The position numbers and the translations under genes are program-made. Shown here in pieces: positions 54,136-64,000 of a stretch of DNA of 64,000 bases (the stretch's first letter is position 1; each line of letters starts with the position of its first letter). The notes under the pieces were generated by a model, which did not search any database, had not been told where the DNA came from, and saw only the letters and a list, made by a program, of their open reading frames with translations. Where the stretch lies: the NCBI GenBank assembly GCA_964425995.1, contig CAYRPC010000001.1, positions 40,254-104,253 on the forward strand. The letters are read 5' to 3'. This DNA comes from an uncultured Phycisphaeraceae bacterium. Its GTDB lineage: Bacteria > Planctomycetota > Phycisphaerae > Phycisphaerales > UBA1924.

Positions 54136-55686
54136 ATGTTTCATAAACTGAACGACACATTCTCGGGCCTGTTCCGCAAGTTTTCCGGCACGGACAAGAT
54201 TAGTGAGAAGAACGTCACGGATGCGATGGTGGATGTCCGCATCGCCTTGCTGGATGCGGATGTACACCTCGATGTCGTCAACACATTCTGTGATCAGGTA
54301 CTCGCGGATGCCGTTGGCGAGAAAGTTCACGCGAGCCTCGAACCAGGTCAGCAGATGATCGGGATAGTACACAAGCGGCTCGTTGAACTGCTGGGCGGAA
54401 CGGTCGAGTTTACAAAAGAAGACGAGAACACGGGTCTTCCGATTCCGCTGCCCAAGCAGGTCTCGTCCGATGCGTTGCTCTCTCGCGCCGTGCCCTCCCC
54501 CACGATCATCATGATGTGCGGGTTGCAGGGAAGCGGCAAGACCACGACTTGCGGCAAGCTCGCATCATACCTCAAGAAACGTGGACGCAGCGTGATGCTC
54601 GCTGCTTGCGATCTGCAGCGTCCTGCTGCGGTAGAGCAATTGCGCACACTGGCGACACAGGTGCAGGCTGAGGTGGCAGGTCCTGCTCAAGTAGTGTTCT
54701 ATGGCGAGCCTGAGAAGACGGCGGAATATGGCAAAGCAGTGGGCGTGGCGGTGCAGGTTGCGCAGCGGGCTGTTGAAGCGGCTCGCCAGCAGGGTATTGA
54801 CACGATCATACTGGATACTGCGGGACGCCTGCACATCAACGACGAGTTGATGGGCGAGTTGTCGCAGGTCAAGGCGACGTGCAAGCCGCATCATGTGTTG
54901 CTGGTTGTCGATGCGATGACTGGGCAGGACGCCGTCGTCAGCAGCAAGGCGTTTCACACGAGGCTCACCGTTGATGGCGTGATTCTGAGCAAGTTTGATA
55001 GCGACACGCGGGGTGGTGCCGCGATCTCGGTCAAGCAGGTGACTGGCGCACCGATCAAGTTCATCGGTACGGGCGAGAAGATCGATGCACTCGAAGAGTT
55101 TCATGCCGACCGCATCGCCGGACGGATTTTGGGCATGGGCGATGTCGTGTCACTGGTCGAGAAAGCACAGCAGGAGATCGATGAGACGGAGGCCAAGACG
55201 CTGCAGGAGCGGATGGCCAAGGGTGAGATGACGATGGATGATTTCCTCAAGCAACTCAAGACGCTCCGGAAGATGGGACCCCTCAAGAACCTGCTGGGCC
55301 TCCTGCCGGGCGTGGGGAGCATGATGAAAGACGTGAACATCGAGGACAAGCAGCTCGATCGCGTCGAGGCGACGATCAGTTCGATGACGAGTGAAGAACG
55401 TAAGAAGCCGACTTTGATATCGTTTTCACGCCGCAAGCGAGTTGCGCGGGGGAGCGGGACCAACGACGAAGAGGTCGGCCGCCTCGTCAAGCAGTTCGAC
55501 ATCGTGACAAAGATGACGCAAGGGATGGCGGGCCTCTCCGCTGGCGACCGTGCGAAGATGGCCAATCAGATGCGCAGCGAGGATCCGATGCAGGCCGCGG
55601 CGGCGATGCGCGGGCTGGGCGGCTTTAGTCGCGGGAGCACGCATACAGCGAGCGTGAAGAGCAAGTTCAAGCAGCGGAAGAAGTAG
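54136..55686 (+). CDS. ffh: signal recognition particle protein
   Basis: NG domain GLQGSGKTTTCGKLA, DTAGRLH, KFDSDTRGGAA. Met-rich M domain. 516 aa with a basic C-terminal tail. Confidence 0.96.
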   Translation: MFHKLNDTFSGLFRKFSGTDKISEKNVTDAMVDVRIALLDADVHLDVVNTFCDQVLADAVGEKVHASLEPGQQMIGIVHKRLVELLGGTVEFTKEDENTGLPIPLPKQVSSDALLSRAVPSPTIIMMCGLQGSGKTTTCGKLASYLKKRGRSVMLAACDLQRPAAVEQLRTLATQVQAEVAGPAQVVFYGEPEKTAEYGKAVGVAVQVAQRAVEAARQQGIDTIILDTAGRLHINDELMGELSQVKATCKPHHVLLVVDAMTGQDAVVSSKAFHTRLTVDGVILSKFDSDTRGGAAISVKQVTGAPIKFIGTGEKIDALEEFHADRIAGRILGMGDVVSLVEKAQQEIDETEAKTLQERMAKGEMTMDDFLKQLKTLRKMGPLKNLLGLLPGVGSMMKDVNIEDKQLDRVEATISSMTSEERKKPTLISFSRRKRVARGSGTNDEEVGRLVKQFDIVTKMTQGMAGLSAGDRAKMANQMRSEDPMQAAAAMRGLGGFSRGSTHTASVKSKFKQRKK

Positions 55687-55755
55687 GTAATTCGCTCATC
55701 TTCTCTTATATAATCTGGCACGTGTGTGGCAAGTGTCTGACACGTCTGAGCATCT

Positions 55756-57027
55756 TCACCCGATGACTTGGGTCAGAGCCGCTATCAGGCGATCTACTTC
55801 CTCATGCGAGTTGTAATGTGCAAAGCTGGCACGCACAACGCCATCGGCTGGGTTGAGGTTCATCGCTTCGCACAATCGATATGCATAGAAGTTGCCGTAA
55901 CGAAGCCCCACGCCTTGGGCGTTACAGTGCTGCGCGATGACTTTCGATGAGACTCCACGCGTGCTGACGAAGGAGATCGTACAGACTCGGGAGGAATTGG
56001 CATGTGTCGGGCCAATCACTCTCAGCGATGATTGTCGCACTAGCCAATCCATGAAGTGACGCTGGAGATCGTTTTCGATCACTTCAAAGGCGTGGAAGGC
56101 TCGATCAACGATGGCGCGATGGTCAGGAGGGTGCGGAACGCCCCCATATGCCTTCACCGCTTGTGAGAGATAGGCTTCGAGCGCAATGAGGCCGGCGCAA
56201 CTCTCGTGGTTGGCTCCACCCAACTCAAACTTTCGGGGGACTTCGGTGCTCGGTATGAAGTAATGGTTTGGTCCAGTAAGTTGAGCCATCGCATCGGCCT
56301 TTCCGAAGAGCACCGCTGCATGAGGACCAAAGACTTTGTACGTGCTGTAGAAATACCAGTCCGCGTCCCAGGCATCGACATCGATGGCCCGGTGCGGGGC
56401 ATAGGCAACACCATCGACGATCACGCGAACGCCGTGGCTGTGCGCAAGCCTGATGATTGCAGGAACATCGACGATCTCGCCCAGAATGTTGGATACCTGT
56501 GGGAAGGCCAGGAGTTTGGTGCGCGTTGTGAATAAGCGAGTGAGGGCCTCGATGCGCCGCTCCCCGCCAGCACCTGCATCGCTGGAGTTGCCGCACGCGG
56601 TCTCGGCATCAATCGTCCAGTGCTTGATGACGATCCCCAACTTAGCAAGACGAGCCCAAGGTCCAAAGTTGCTCTCGTGGGCGGTCTGACAAAGAATAAT
56701 CTCGTCGCCTGGCGAGAGCACCTCTGCGTAACAATCCGCGAGCATCCGGCTGAGTTGGCTCGTGCTGGGACCGATGATCACCTCGCCCGATTGCACGCCC
56801 ATGAACACTTTCAAGTAATCATGCGCGGCCTTGACGGTCGCTGTCGCTTGCCTGCTCACGTCGTAGTCCGCCCCTGTCTGCACAAAACTGGTGAGCAAGT
56901 AGCGGTGCATCGCGTCCGCCACAACCTTGGGCATCTGCGAGCCACCCGCATTATCAAGGAAGACAGTGCGCCCTTCAAGGGAAGGGAAGAGCGAACGAAA
57001 GGGATTGATGACTGATGTGGCTGGCAT
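55756..57027 (-). CDS. class V aminotransferase-fold PLP enzyme (cysteine desulfurase-like)
   Basis: 423 aa. N-terminal FPSLEGRTVFLDNAGGSQMP. PLP-lysine region YSTYKVFGPH. The start is 3 nt after the tricorn stop. Confidence 0.82.
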   Translation of the reverse strand: MPATSVINPFRSLFPSLEGRTVFLDNAGGSQMPKVVADAMHRYLLTSFVQTGADYDVSRQATATVKAAHDYLKVFMGVQSGEVIIGPSTSQLSRMLADCYAEVLSPGDEIILCQTAHESNFGPWARLAKLGIVIKHWTIDAETACGNSSDAGAGGERRIEALTRLFTTRTKLLAFPQVSNILGEIVDVPAIIRLAHSHGVRVIVDGVAYAPHRAIDVDAWDADWYFYSTYKVFGPHAAVLFGKADAMAQLTGPNHYFIPSTEVPRKFELGGANHESCAGLIALEAYLSQAVKAYGGVPHPPDHRAIVDRAFHAFEVIENDLQRHFMDWLVRQSSLRVIGPTHANSSRVCTISFVSTRGVSSKVIAQHCNAQGVGLRYGNFYAYRLCEAMNLNPADGVVRASFAHYNSHEEVDRLIAALTQVIG

Positions 57028-57030
57028 GGA

Positions 57031-60000
57031 TTACTTCTTGAAACTCTTGTTTGGCGTAGGCGGCACCGACGGAATTTCAACGGGCTGGCTTGCGATCAGT
57101 TCCTTGAGGTGATCAACCGCAGCCTTGAGTTGGCGGTCTTCACCCAGGAACGTTTCGTGGGGCAGATTATCGACGACGATGTCAGGCTCGACACCGTGGC
57201 CTTCGACAAGCCATGTGCCCTTCTCGTCAAAGACACCGAACTCTCCCGCGGTGGCGATGCCGCCATCGACGATATTGTTGCTTGATGAGAGCCAGATTTC
57301 GCCACCCCAGGTGCGGGTGCCAATCACCTTGCCCAGGCCAAGCCGCTTGAAACCCTCGGCGAAGGCCTCGCCGTCGCTGGCGGTGCGTTCGTTGACGAGG
57401 CAGACCATGTGGCCTCGAAAGGCGTATTGCATGTTCCAACTGGGCGAGCGGCCCGCGTGCTGGTTCCAATACATCCAGGCCTTGCGAGACAGACGGCTGA
57501 GCAGCCAACTATCGATGTTACCGCCCCGATTGTCGCGGACGTCGAGAATAAGGCCCTTGCGGGTGTAGACGGGGTAGAAGTCGCGGGCGAACTCGCTGAA
57601 GTTTTCGTTGCCCATGGCGCGAAGGTGAACGTAGCCGATATCGCCTCCCCCCCACTGCTCGACGAGGTTGCGACGTTCCACCTGCCATGAGCGATAGCGA
57701 AGGTTGCCATCATCACCAACTGTCATTGGACGAACAATGATGTCGCGCTCTTGCTGGCCATCGGCCGCGGGCTGTGAGGCTCGAACACGCAGGAGCACCT
57801 GCTTGCCTGCTTGGTTGCGGAGGTTGGTTGCCGGATGCGTCATCGGATATATCGGCATGTTGGCGACTGAAACACCGTTGATCGCGAGGATGACGTCGCC
57901 ACCACGCATGCCAACCGATGGTTCGAGCAAGGGCGAGCGAAGTTGCGGCTCATCGGGATCTGCCTCGTAGATGCGGCGCACGAGCCAGCCCTCCGCAGTG
58001 GGAACAAGATCCGCACCGAGGAAGCCGAAAGTAATGTTGTCGGTGGCTTGGCGGATATCGCCGCCGTTCACGAAGTGATGCAATGCCGAGAGTTCGCCCG
58101 TCATCATACTGAGCAAGTCGGCTAGTTCACGCCGATCTCGGACACGCTCAACGAGGGGGAGGTACTTGTTGAGCACTCCCTTCCAATCAACACCATGCAT
58201 GTTGCGGTCGTAGAAGTAGTCACGAAGCAACCGCCAGGAGTCGATGAACATCTGTCGCCATTCGTCGCGAGGCGTGATCGCGAGCGACCAGCCAGACATG
58301 TCAATCTGGCTCTTATCGTCGAGTTTGGCTTCGCTGTCGCCCGCGTCGACGACATGGAGATTGTCACCGACCTGGATGAGCAGTTTCTTGCGGTCGCCCG
58401 AAAGTTGCGCACTGCGAATGCCTGAAGCGACGGTCTTGGCTTCGGGCTTCTGATTCGTGATCTTGAGCACACGCAAGGTGGCGGCCTCCGGGCTCGCGGC
58501 GTCAAAGGATTGCCAATAGAGCGTGCCATCGCCAGCAAGCAGATTGGAGTAGTTGCCCGCTGGAATGGGCAAGACATCCAGGCGTTGTGCGAGTCCATCG
58601 GTGTCGATGGTGACAACAACATCATCCTTCTTCTTGTCGTCCTTGACCTTGTCATCGCTGGCCTGACCCGGTGGATTTTGTAGAGCCTGACCTGCGATAT
58701 CTGCGGCGGCGTTGGCGACTGGAGCATCGGGCTTGGGCTCTTCTTTCTTTGCTTCTTTCTCTTTCTTCTGTTCTTGCTTCTCTTCTTGCTTCTTGGCATC
58801 TTCCTTAGCTTTCTCCGCCGCAGAAAAAAATTCGTCATCGGGCGCGAAGGGAGAACGAAGGCCCTTGGTCAGGGCAATTTGATAGATGCGGGTGGGCTTA
58901 TCGAGAAAAGGTTCGGGGGCGCGTGGACCCCATGGAGAACCAACAACACTGCGAAGCGTGCGATCGCTCAGGAAGTAGAGCCACTTGCCGTCCTTGCTCC
59001 AGGCCGGCGCGTAGTTGTCGTAGCGGTCGCTGGTCGCGATCACTGACTGCTTGGTGGCAGCGTTGTACAGTTTGATCTGCACGAATTGGTTGTTTGATGG
59101 AGAGGCGTACGCCAGCCATTGGCTGTCGGGGCTCCAACTCAGCCAATCGAGATTCTCGACCTGATTCTCTTCAACAAGCGTGTTGGCAGAAGACTCTATG
59201 TCGTAGACCCACAGTCGTTGCAATTTATCGGTGTGTGCGATGCGCTTGCCATCGGGGCTTGGACGGCTCTGCCAACGGACGGTCTGTCCATCGGTCGTTA
59301 ATTGTTGAGGGCTACCGACTCCATTGGCGGGCAGGGTGGTGAGTTCGAGTTCACCCGATTCATCGCTGAAAGCGAGAATGGACTTGCCGTCTGGCATGAA
59401 TCGAGCATCGCGATAGCGGATGCCATCACGCGGATCCGCCTCAACCACCCTCCCTTGCTTTACTGGAAACACAAAGACTTTGCCGCGAGTCGTGATGACC
59501 ACGCGGTCACCGGTTTGAGAAATCGCCGTGCTGGTCGCGGCGCTCATGGGGTTGGTAATCCAACGCTCACGAGTCTGATCAAGGTCGCTCGCAAGATTTA
59601 TGATGAGTTTGGAATCGGTGTTTGTTCCGAGGTCGGCCACCCGAAGGTCCGCACCCAGTTGGTACACAACCTTGGCACCATGCAGGCTCGTCATCCCGAT
59701 GTCCATGCCGGTGTGTCTGGTGTGCTGGCGAAGGTCGGTGCCGTCGGATCGCATGCTCCAGAGGTTCATATACCCATCGCGATCGGTGGTAAAGACCACG
59801 CGGCTCTGCGCCGCCCACCAGTGCGGACGCTTGCTCGTGCCGATGTAGTCGGGCGTCAGAGGTGTTGCCTCGGCGCCCGTTGTCCATGTACCACTCGCGT
59901 CGGCGGGCGGCTGTGGAAGCGTGAACTTCCAGAGATTCTGCGCGGTGCCGCCCTTGTAGCGGTCGGTGTGGCTGCCTTGCATGGGCAGCCTGGTGAAGAC

Positions 60001-60612
60001 CAGTTGATTGGTGTCAGCAATGAACTGGGCATCGTCACATTGATCGAGCGGAATGGCCAGGCGTACACCCGTCCGGATGTTCAGCGTGTTGGTGCGAGAA
60101 CGCGGCACGGTCGTATTGGCGTTGCTGGACCAGAGCAGCGTGTCGTTATCGCGCCAGCCGACGAAGTTGATGCGGCCGCCACCATCCCACGAACGCCGCA
60201 CGGGAAGCCCGCCGAAGATGGGCATGGTGTAGATTTCCGCAGGGCCCTCATAGGTTGCGACAAAGGCAATCAACGCCCCATCCGGAGAGATGGCGGGCAG
60301 TTCCTCAATACCCTCGTTAGTCGTCAATCTCGCGGCGATGGTTCCCTGTGGCGAGGTCGCGCCGCTGAGACTGACACTCCACAAGTCACCCTCGCTGACA
60401 AACACCAGCGTGTCACCATGCAGTGCTGGCATGCGGTACCAGCCTTGCACGTCTGCTATTCCAGAGCGAGCGGCCTCCAGCGTTGCTCGCGCCGCTGGAG
60501 CCGGATGCAGGACCTGGGCAGATTGTGCGAGGAGACCACTGGTGGCCGACGCGATGCACAAGCCGATGATCATAGTGAGGGGGAGAGCGGAGTGGGCGGG
60601 TTGGATGGACAT
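57031..60612 (-). CDS. tricorn-like protease (beta-propellers + PDZ + S41 peptidase)
   Basis: Start set at ATG 60612 (signal peptide MSIQPAHSALPLTMIIGLCIASATSGLLAQ). N-terminal GDTLVFVSEGDLWSV. C-terminal S41 region LILDVRDNRGGN and NERTASDGEAF. Confidence 0.85.
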   Translation of the reverse strand: MSIQPAHSALPLTMIIGLCIASATSGLLAQSAQVLHPAPAARATLEAARSGIADVQGWYRMPALHGDTLVFVSEGDLWSVSLSGATSPQGTIAARLTTNEGIEELPAISPDGALIAFVATYEGPAEIYTMPIFGGLPVRRSWDGGGRINFVGWRDNDTLLWSSNANTTVPRSRTNTLNIRTGVRLAIPLDQCDDAQFIADTNQLVFTRLPMQGSHTDRYKGGTAQNLWKFTLPQPPADASGTWTTGAEATPLTPDYIGTSKRPHWWAAQSRVVFTTDRDGYMNLWSMRSDGTDLRQHTRHTGMDIGMTSLHGAKVVYQLGADLRVADLGTNTDSKLIINLASDLDQTRERWITNPMSAATSTAISQTGDRVVITTRGKVFVFPVKQGRVVEADPRDGIRYRDARFMPDGKSILAFSDESGELELTTLPANGVGSPQQLTTDGQTVRWQSRPSPDGKRIAHTDKLQRLWVYDIESSANTLVEENQVENLDWLSWSPDSQWLAYASPSNNQFVQIKLYNAATKQSVIATSDRYDNYAPAWSKDGKWLYFLSDRTLRSVVGSPWGPRAPEPFLDKPTRIYQIALTKGLRSPFAPDDEFFSAAEKAKEDAKKQEEKQEQKKEKEAKKEEPKPDAPVANAAADIAGQALQNPPGQASDDKVKDDKKKDDVVVTIDTDGLAQRLDVLPIPAGNYSNLLAGDGTLYWQSFDAASPEAATLRVLKITNQKPEAKTVASGIRSAQLSGDRKKLLIQVGDNLHVVDAGDSEAKLDDKSQIDMSGWSLAITPRDEWRQMFIDSWRLLRDYFYDRNMHGVDWKGVLNKYLPLVERVRDRRELADLLSMMTGELSALHHFVNGGDIRQATDNITFGFLGADLVPTAEGWLVRRIYEADPDEPQLRSPLLEPSVGMRGGDVILAINGVSVANMPIYPMTHPATNLRNQAGKQVLLRVRASQPAADGQQERDIIVRPMTVGDDGNLRYRSWQVERRNLVEQWGGGDIGYVHLRAMGNENFSEFARDFYPVYTRKGLILDVRDNRGGNIDSWLLSRLSRKAWMYWNQHAGRSPSWNMQYAFRGHMVCLVNERTASDGEAFAEGFKRLGLGKVIGTRTWGGEIWLSSSNNIVDGGIATAGEFGVFDEKGTWLVEGHGVEPDIVVDNLPHETFLGEDRQLKAAVDHLKELIASQPVEIPSVPPTPNKSFKK

Positions 60613-60689
60613 GAATAGGTTCCGTGAAAGAAAATGAGGACGAAGGACCGGATATCTGAACTGGGGCGTGAGGCCCGATGCGTTGCCGT

Positions 60690-61736
60690 TCACCACTTGA
60701 GAACAATCTTGCCAAACTGCTCGCCCGCCTCGAGTCGTTCGTAAGCCTGAACGCAATCCTCAACACCGAAAACACGATCAACCACCGGGCGCAGCAATCC
60801 CGCTCGATACAACGATGCGAGTTCCCTAAACTCGCAGTTGCTTCCCATGGTGCTGCCAACCAGGCGAAGTTGATTCCAGAACAATCTAGTCAAGTCCGTC
60901 GTCGCGTCCCCTCCCGTCGTCGCCCCAAACGTGACATACGCACCACCCCGCGCAAGGCTCTTGATGGCAGCCAGATGCGTGGCTTTGCCGGTGCTGTCGA
61001 CGGCCATGTCAACGCCGCGCTTGTTGGTCCAGGCTCGAACGTCCTTGCTCCAGTCTTGACCCGCGTCAAGCACGCCGCACGCAGCACCAAGTTCCTTGGC
61101 ACGATCAAGTTTCCATTGATGGCGACTTGTGACAATGGTTGGGCAGCCCATCCAGCGAGCGATCGCCAGCGCGCTGGTGGCCACACCGCCGCCTATGCCC
61201 GTGATGAGCACGGACTGACCTGGTCGCAGTTGTCCCTTGGTCACCATGGCTGAGTAGGCGGTGAGAAAACAGAGTCCAAAGGCCGCGGCTTCGACGGGAT
61301 CGGTCTCGGGAAGGACCATCGCGAGATTGGTGAATGGTGCGAAAAATCGCTCCCGGAACATGCCATCCTGGTGCTCGCCGATCAGTTCGTAGTTGGGGGC
61401 CAGCGTACTATTCGGAGGATCGCGCGGGTCTTCTCGCTCGGGAAGCCTGCACGCCGCATTGACTATGACCTTCTGGCCGATCCACGCTTGCGACACGCCC
61501 GTTCCGACACGCTCGACCACGCCACATGCGTCGCAGCCAGTGATGCGCGGATATCCATCGATGCCCGGCAGGCCTCGCCCGACCCAGAGATCCATGTGAT
61601 TGAACGCGCTCGCAATGGTGCGAATCTGGGTCTGGCCGGGAGGTGGCTCGGGCAGTTCTGGCCAATCGGTCCGGAAGGCGATGTTTGGGGCGACGGGATT
61701 CCCCCGACGCAAGAGCACGACTGCACGCATGATCAA
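60690..61736 (-). CDS. MDR-family oxidoreductase (quinone oxidoreductase/alcohol dehydrogenase-like)
   Basis: GroES-like N-domain (GCDACGVVERVG). Rossmann fold ITGIGGGVATSALAIA. C-terminal FGKIVL. Confidence 0.85.
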   Translation of the reverse strand: MIMRAVVLLRRGNPVAPNIAFRTDWPELPEPPPGQTQIRTIASAFNHMDLWVGRGLPGIDGYPRITGCDACGVVERVGTGVSQAWIGQKVIVNAACRLPEREDPRDPPNSTLAPNYELIGEHQDGMFRERFFAPFTNLAMVLPETDPVEAAAFGLCFLTAYSAMVTKGQLRPGQSVLITGIGGGVATSALAIARWMGCPTIVTSRHQWKLDRAKELGAACGVLDAGQDWSKDVRAWTNKRGVDMAVDSTGKATHLAAIKSLARGGAYVTFGATTGGDATTDLTRLFWNQLRLVGSTMGSNCEFRELASLYRAGLLRPVVDRVFGVEDCVQAYERLEAGEQFGKIVLKW

Positions 61737-61775
61737 CGGTACTCCCGTGGGACAAGTTGGAACGGAGACGAGCGG

Positions 61776-63392
61776 TCAGGGCGCAGGGGGAAGAGCAACC
61801 TGCTGCATCGCCACGATCGCGATGATCAGCACTGTGCCATTGTGCATGGCGTGGGCAAACATGGGCGCGATCAGAGAGTCCCGCCATTCGCGCATCAGGG
61901 CGAAGTTGAAGCCTATAGCCATAACTGGGCCCAGGAGCATGAACTCATAGCCATGCATCACGCCGAAGACGAATGCCGAGAGGATGGCGCTCAAAATGAG
62001 CCCCAGACGCGAACGGAGGTGGCGGAAGAGGCAGCCCCTGAAGACGGTTTCCTCGACAAGGGGTGCCCACAGGGTCGCGAGCAGGTAGAGCATGACAAGT
62101 GTGAACCAACTGCCGTTGGCGATCACATCGACAATCGGGTTCTCGGGTGGTGCAGCGTTCTGCCCAGCCTGCCCTTGGACAAATGCTCGCCCGAGGATCA
62201 GCAAGAGCGAGATGACGACCGCGACCATGACAATCGGCAGAGTTGCAAAGTAGGCAAAGATGCCCGCTCTGATTTCTTTCATCACGCCCTGGCCTCTGTG
62301 CAGGCCCATCCGCCGGCGCATCTCCTTCATGGGCACGCCCCGCAGGCGGGGCCAGAAGATTACCAGAGCGAGGAACCACTGGAGCGCCATCGCAAAGAGC
62401 ATCAGGAAAGTCTCCCGACCCGCGCCAGCACCCGAGGTCGCAAACTCGAGAATCGCCATGACAACCTTCAACGTCAGAAAGCCCGCCGCGAGGACCGCAA
62501 CCGTTTCGAGGAAGACGCTGCCGCCCGGCTCAGGGGCGCGGAAAGCGGGGCGGATGCGCCCGCTTGAGATGCGTACTAATCCAATCGTGAAGCAAGTCAA
62601 CGACGCAAGTAAAACCAGAAGCAGGAGCAGACCCAGCGCAACTGCAAGGACGATCAGCATGCCTGCACCCGCCGTCAGTGCATCACGGGCCGGACTGCCT
62701 GTGGGTTCGCTAGTGGCGAAGAGCAACTGGGCGAAGTATCCATGGCGGTCGAGCAGCCGTCGCTGCTGATCGCTGGAGATCGCTTCCTTGTTCGCCGCTA
62801 GCACAGCACGCGCGTCGGCAATATCGGTTTCGACACCTTCGTATGTTGGGGATGCGAGTGCCAAGGTATCGAGCGCGGCCTCACCCTCGGTGCCTCCAAG
62901 CATAAATCCGCGTGTGAGCGCGGCTCGGAATCGATCAACATCATTGGTCACGCCCGCATCGACTTGATCAACGAGTTTGGCCTTCTCAGCATTGACCTGG
63001 GCGGCATTAGCGCTGCCGCCCGTGGTCCCGAGGGTGTCAAACAGGGTGGCGAACTTGATCATCATCCGCGCGGTGCTGGCAAATGGATCGATGCCTACTG
63101 GGGCCGAGATATTTGTCGGGGGCGAGGCAGCACCGGCTCCGGATGCGCCCAATTGCTGCAGGAACATCACAGCACCGACCAGCACGAGCATAAGAACGAG
63201 GGCGACTCGCGCGGCCTTGGGAGAGCCGGGATCGGGCGTGTCTCGTCCAACTCGCGGTTCGATGGCTTTGCCGTTGGTCGAGGCCATCAGGCCTTGCGAG
63301 GGGGGAGACTGGAATGGCGTAGACGCAGAGACCGTTGTATTGGCATGCGGCTGGTTGGACGGGCTTCCATGCTCGTACGGGTTGGTTGACAT
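61776..63392 (-). CDS. CPBP-family intramembrane glutamic endopeptidase with long N-terminal extracytoplasmic domain
   Basis: C-terminal motifs EETVFRG (EExxxR), FVFGVMH (FxxxH), HAMHN (HxxxN). Multiple TM helices. Confidence 0.8.
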   Translation of the reverse strand: MSTNPYEHGSPSNQPHANTTVSASTPFQSPPSQGLMASTNGKAIEPRVGRDTPDPGSPKAARVALVLMLVLVGAVMFLQQLGASGAGAASPPTNISAPVGIDPFASTARMMIKFATLFDTLGTTGGSANAAQVNAEKAKLVDQVDAGVTNDVDRFRAALTRGFMLGGTEGEAALDTLALASPTYEGVETDIADARAVLAANKEAISSDQQRRLLDRHGYFAQLLFATSEPTGSPARDALTAGAGMLIVLAVALGLLLLLVLLASLTCFTIGLVRISSGRIRPAFRAPEPGGSVFLETVAVLAAGFLTLKVVMAILEFATSGAGAGRETFLMLFAMALQWFLALVIFWPRLRGVPMKEMRRRMGLHRGQGVMKEIRAGIFAYFATLPIVMVAVVISLLLILGRAFVQGQAGQNAAPPENPIVDVIANGSWFTLVMLYLLATLWAPLVEETVFRGCLFRHLRSRLGLILSAILSAFVFGVMHGYEFMLLGPVMAIGFNFALMREWRDSLIAPMFAHAMHNGTVLIIAIVAMQQVALPPAP

Positions 63393-63530
63393 ACTGGGCT
63401 TTCGAAGTGGCGGAGCGCGGGAGCAGGTGAGGATTCAGTCAAGAGACACGGCTGCGAAGGGTAAGTCTTGACTTGTTCAATGAGCAGTCTCGCGTTCGCC
63501 AACTGCATTGAGACTGCCTTGCCCAGCCAC

Positions 63531-64000
63531 TCATGCCATCCGCACCCACTTGATGAGCGTGCGGAAGTTGGGAGGCTTGCCGTACATCAGCACGCCGATT
63601 CGGAAAACTTTGGCGCTCATCCAGGCCAGCACAACAACCGTGAGGATGCCCACGATCATCGACGCGGGAATCTGCCAGATCGGGATCGGCTCGCTGCCAG
63701 AGATGCGCAGCACCATGATGAATGGGTTGATGAGCGGCACGAAACTGCAGACTTGCGCAAACCCGCTGTTGGGGTTGCGCATGATGGGCATCCAGAGCAT
63801 CATGGGTATGACCAAGATCATCATGACCGGGCCCAGTAGACTCTGAGCTTCGGTAACTTCAGTGACAGCGGCGCCGATCGCGGCCATGATGCATGCGATG
63901 GTGGCATAGGCGATCACGAAGTAAACAAGTGTGAAGAGAAGGGTCTGCCACGCGATCAGGTGCGTCATGGCGAAGACCACGAGCGTGCCCATGCCCACGC
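63531..64000 (-). CDS. ABC-2-type transporter permease (NatB-like), C-terminal part; 5' end outside window
   Basis: The ORF is open to the window end. Hydrophobic helices and the C-terminal tail KVFRIGVLMYGKPPNFRTLIKWVR are typical of this permease family (from memory). Confidence 0.65.
   Translation of the reverse strand, partial: VGMGTLVVFAMTHLIAWQTLLFTLVYFVIAYATIACIMAAIGAAVTEVTEAQSLLGPVMMILVIPMMLWMPIMRNPNSGFAQVCSFVPLINPFIMVLRISGSEPIPIWQIPASMIVGILTVVVLAWMSAKVFRIGVLMYGKPPNFRTLIKWVRMA

Noticed and set aside
58618-58832. A Lys/Glu/Asp-rich low-complexity insert (AEKAKEDAKKQEEKQEQKKEKEAKKEE...KVKDDKKKDD) in the tricorn-like protease, encoded by a long polypurine/polypyrimidine tract.
   Set aside because: From memory, bacterial tricorn homologues commonly carry a charged linker at this position between the propellers and the PDZ/S41 part. 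It is most likely an ordinary disordered linker, not a separate element.

Overview
Gene-dense, visibly GC-rich chromosomal segment (GC not computed) from a diderm bacterium. About 50 protein-coding genes can be supported. I saw no rRNA, tRNA, CRISPR array, transposase, integrase or phage gene.

Most of the window is core housekeeping: trxB, an asnB-type amidotransferase, frr, alaS, carA, ppx/gppA, type III glutamine synthetase, sucD, thiE, an HtrA-like protease, panB, holA, serS, aroK, ffh and a tricorn-like protease.

Interspersed features:
(i) Envelope and glycosylation modules. One is an ArnT/PMT-like GT-C + PAP2 phosphatase + LptF/G permease joined by ATGA overlaps. The other is a sugar nucleotidyltransferase, a STELLO/DUF288-like GT, a GT2 and a GT-C-like membrane protein.
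(ii) Three paralogous PAS-like/LuxR-HTH regulators. Two are tandem and joined by a TGATG overlap. The third lies upstream of an orphan GAF-PAS histidine kinase.
(iii) A locus at about 21.9-28.1 kb in which two unrelated secreted proteins end in the same Cys-bracketed double DFNNDG dockerin-like module. It is surrounded by short perfect tandem duplications, a 10-bp leader hairpin and a possible Cys-rich micro-ORF.

Gene content (GS III, tricorn, GspH-like pseudopilin, dockerin-like tails) suggests a Planctomycetota/Phycisphaerae-like organism. That is a low-confidence guess.

Bottom line: I found no clear-cut novel multi-gene system (no defence-, toxin-, RiPP- or secretion-machine-like cluster). 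The best leads are the dockerin-like locus, the receiver-less PAS/LuxR trio, a DUF2752 + conserved-unknown gene pair, and an orphan pseudopilin mini-cassette.

Start codons were chosen from N-terminal homology, GGAG-like RBS motifs and overlap logic, and several remain uncertain. The many long antisense or upstream-extended ORFs in the track are treated as high-GC shadow ORFs.
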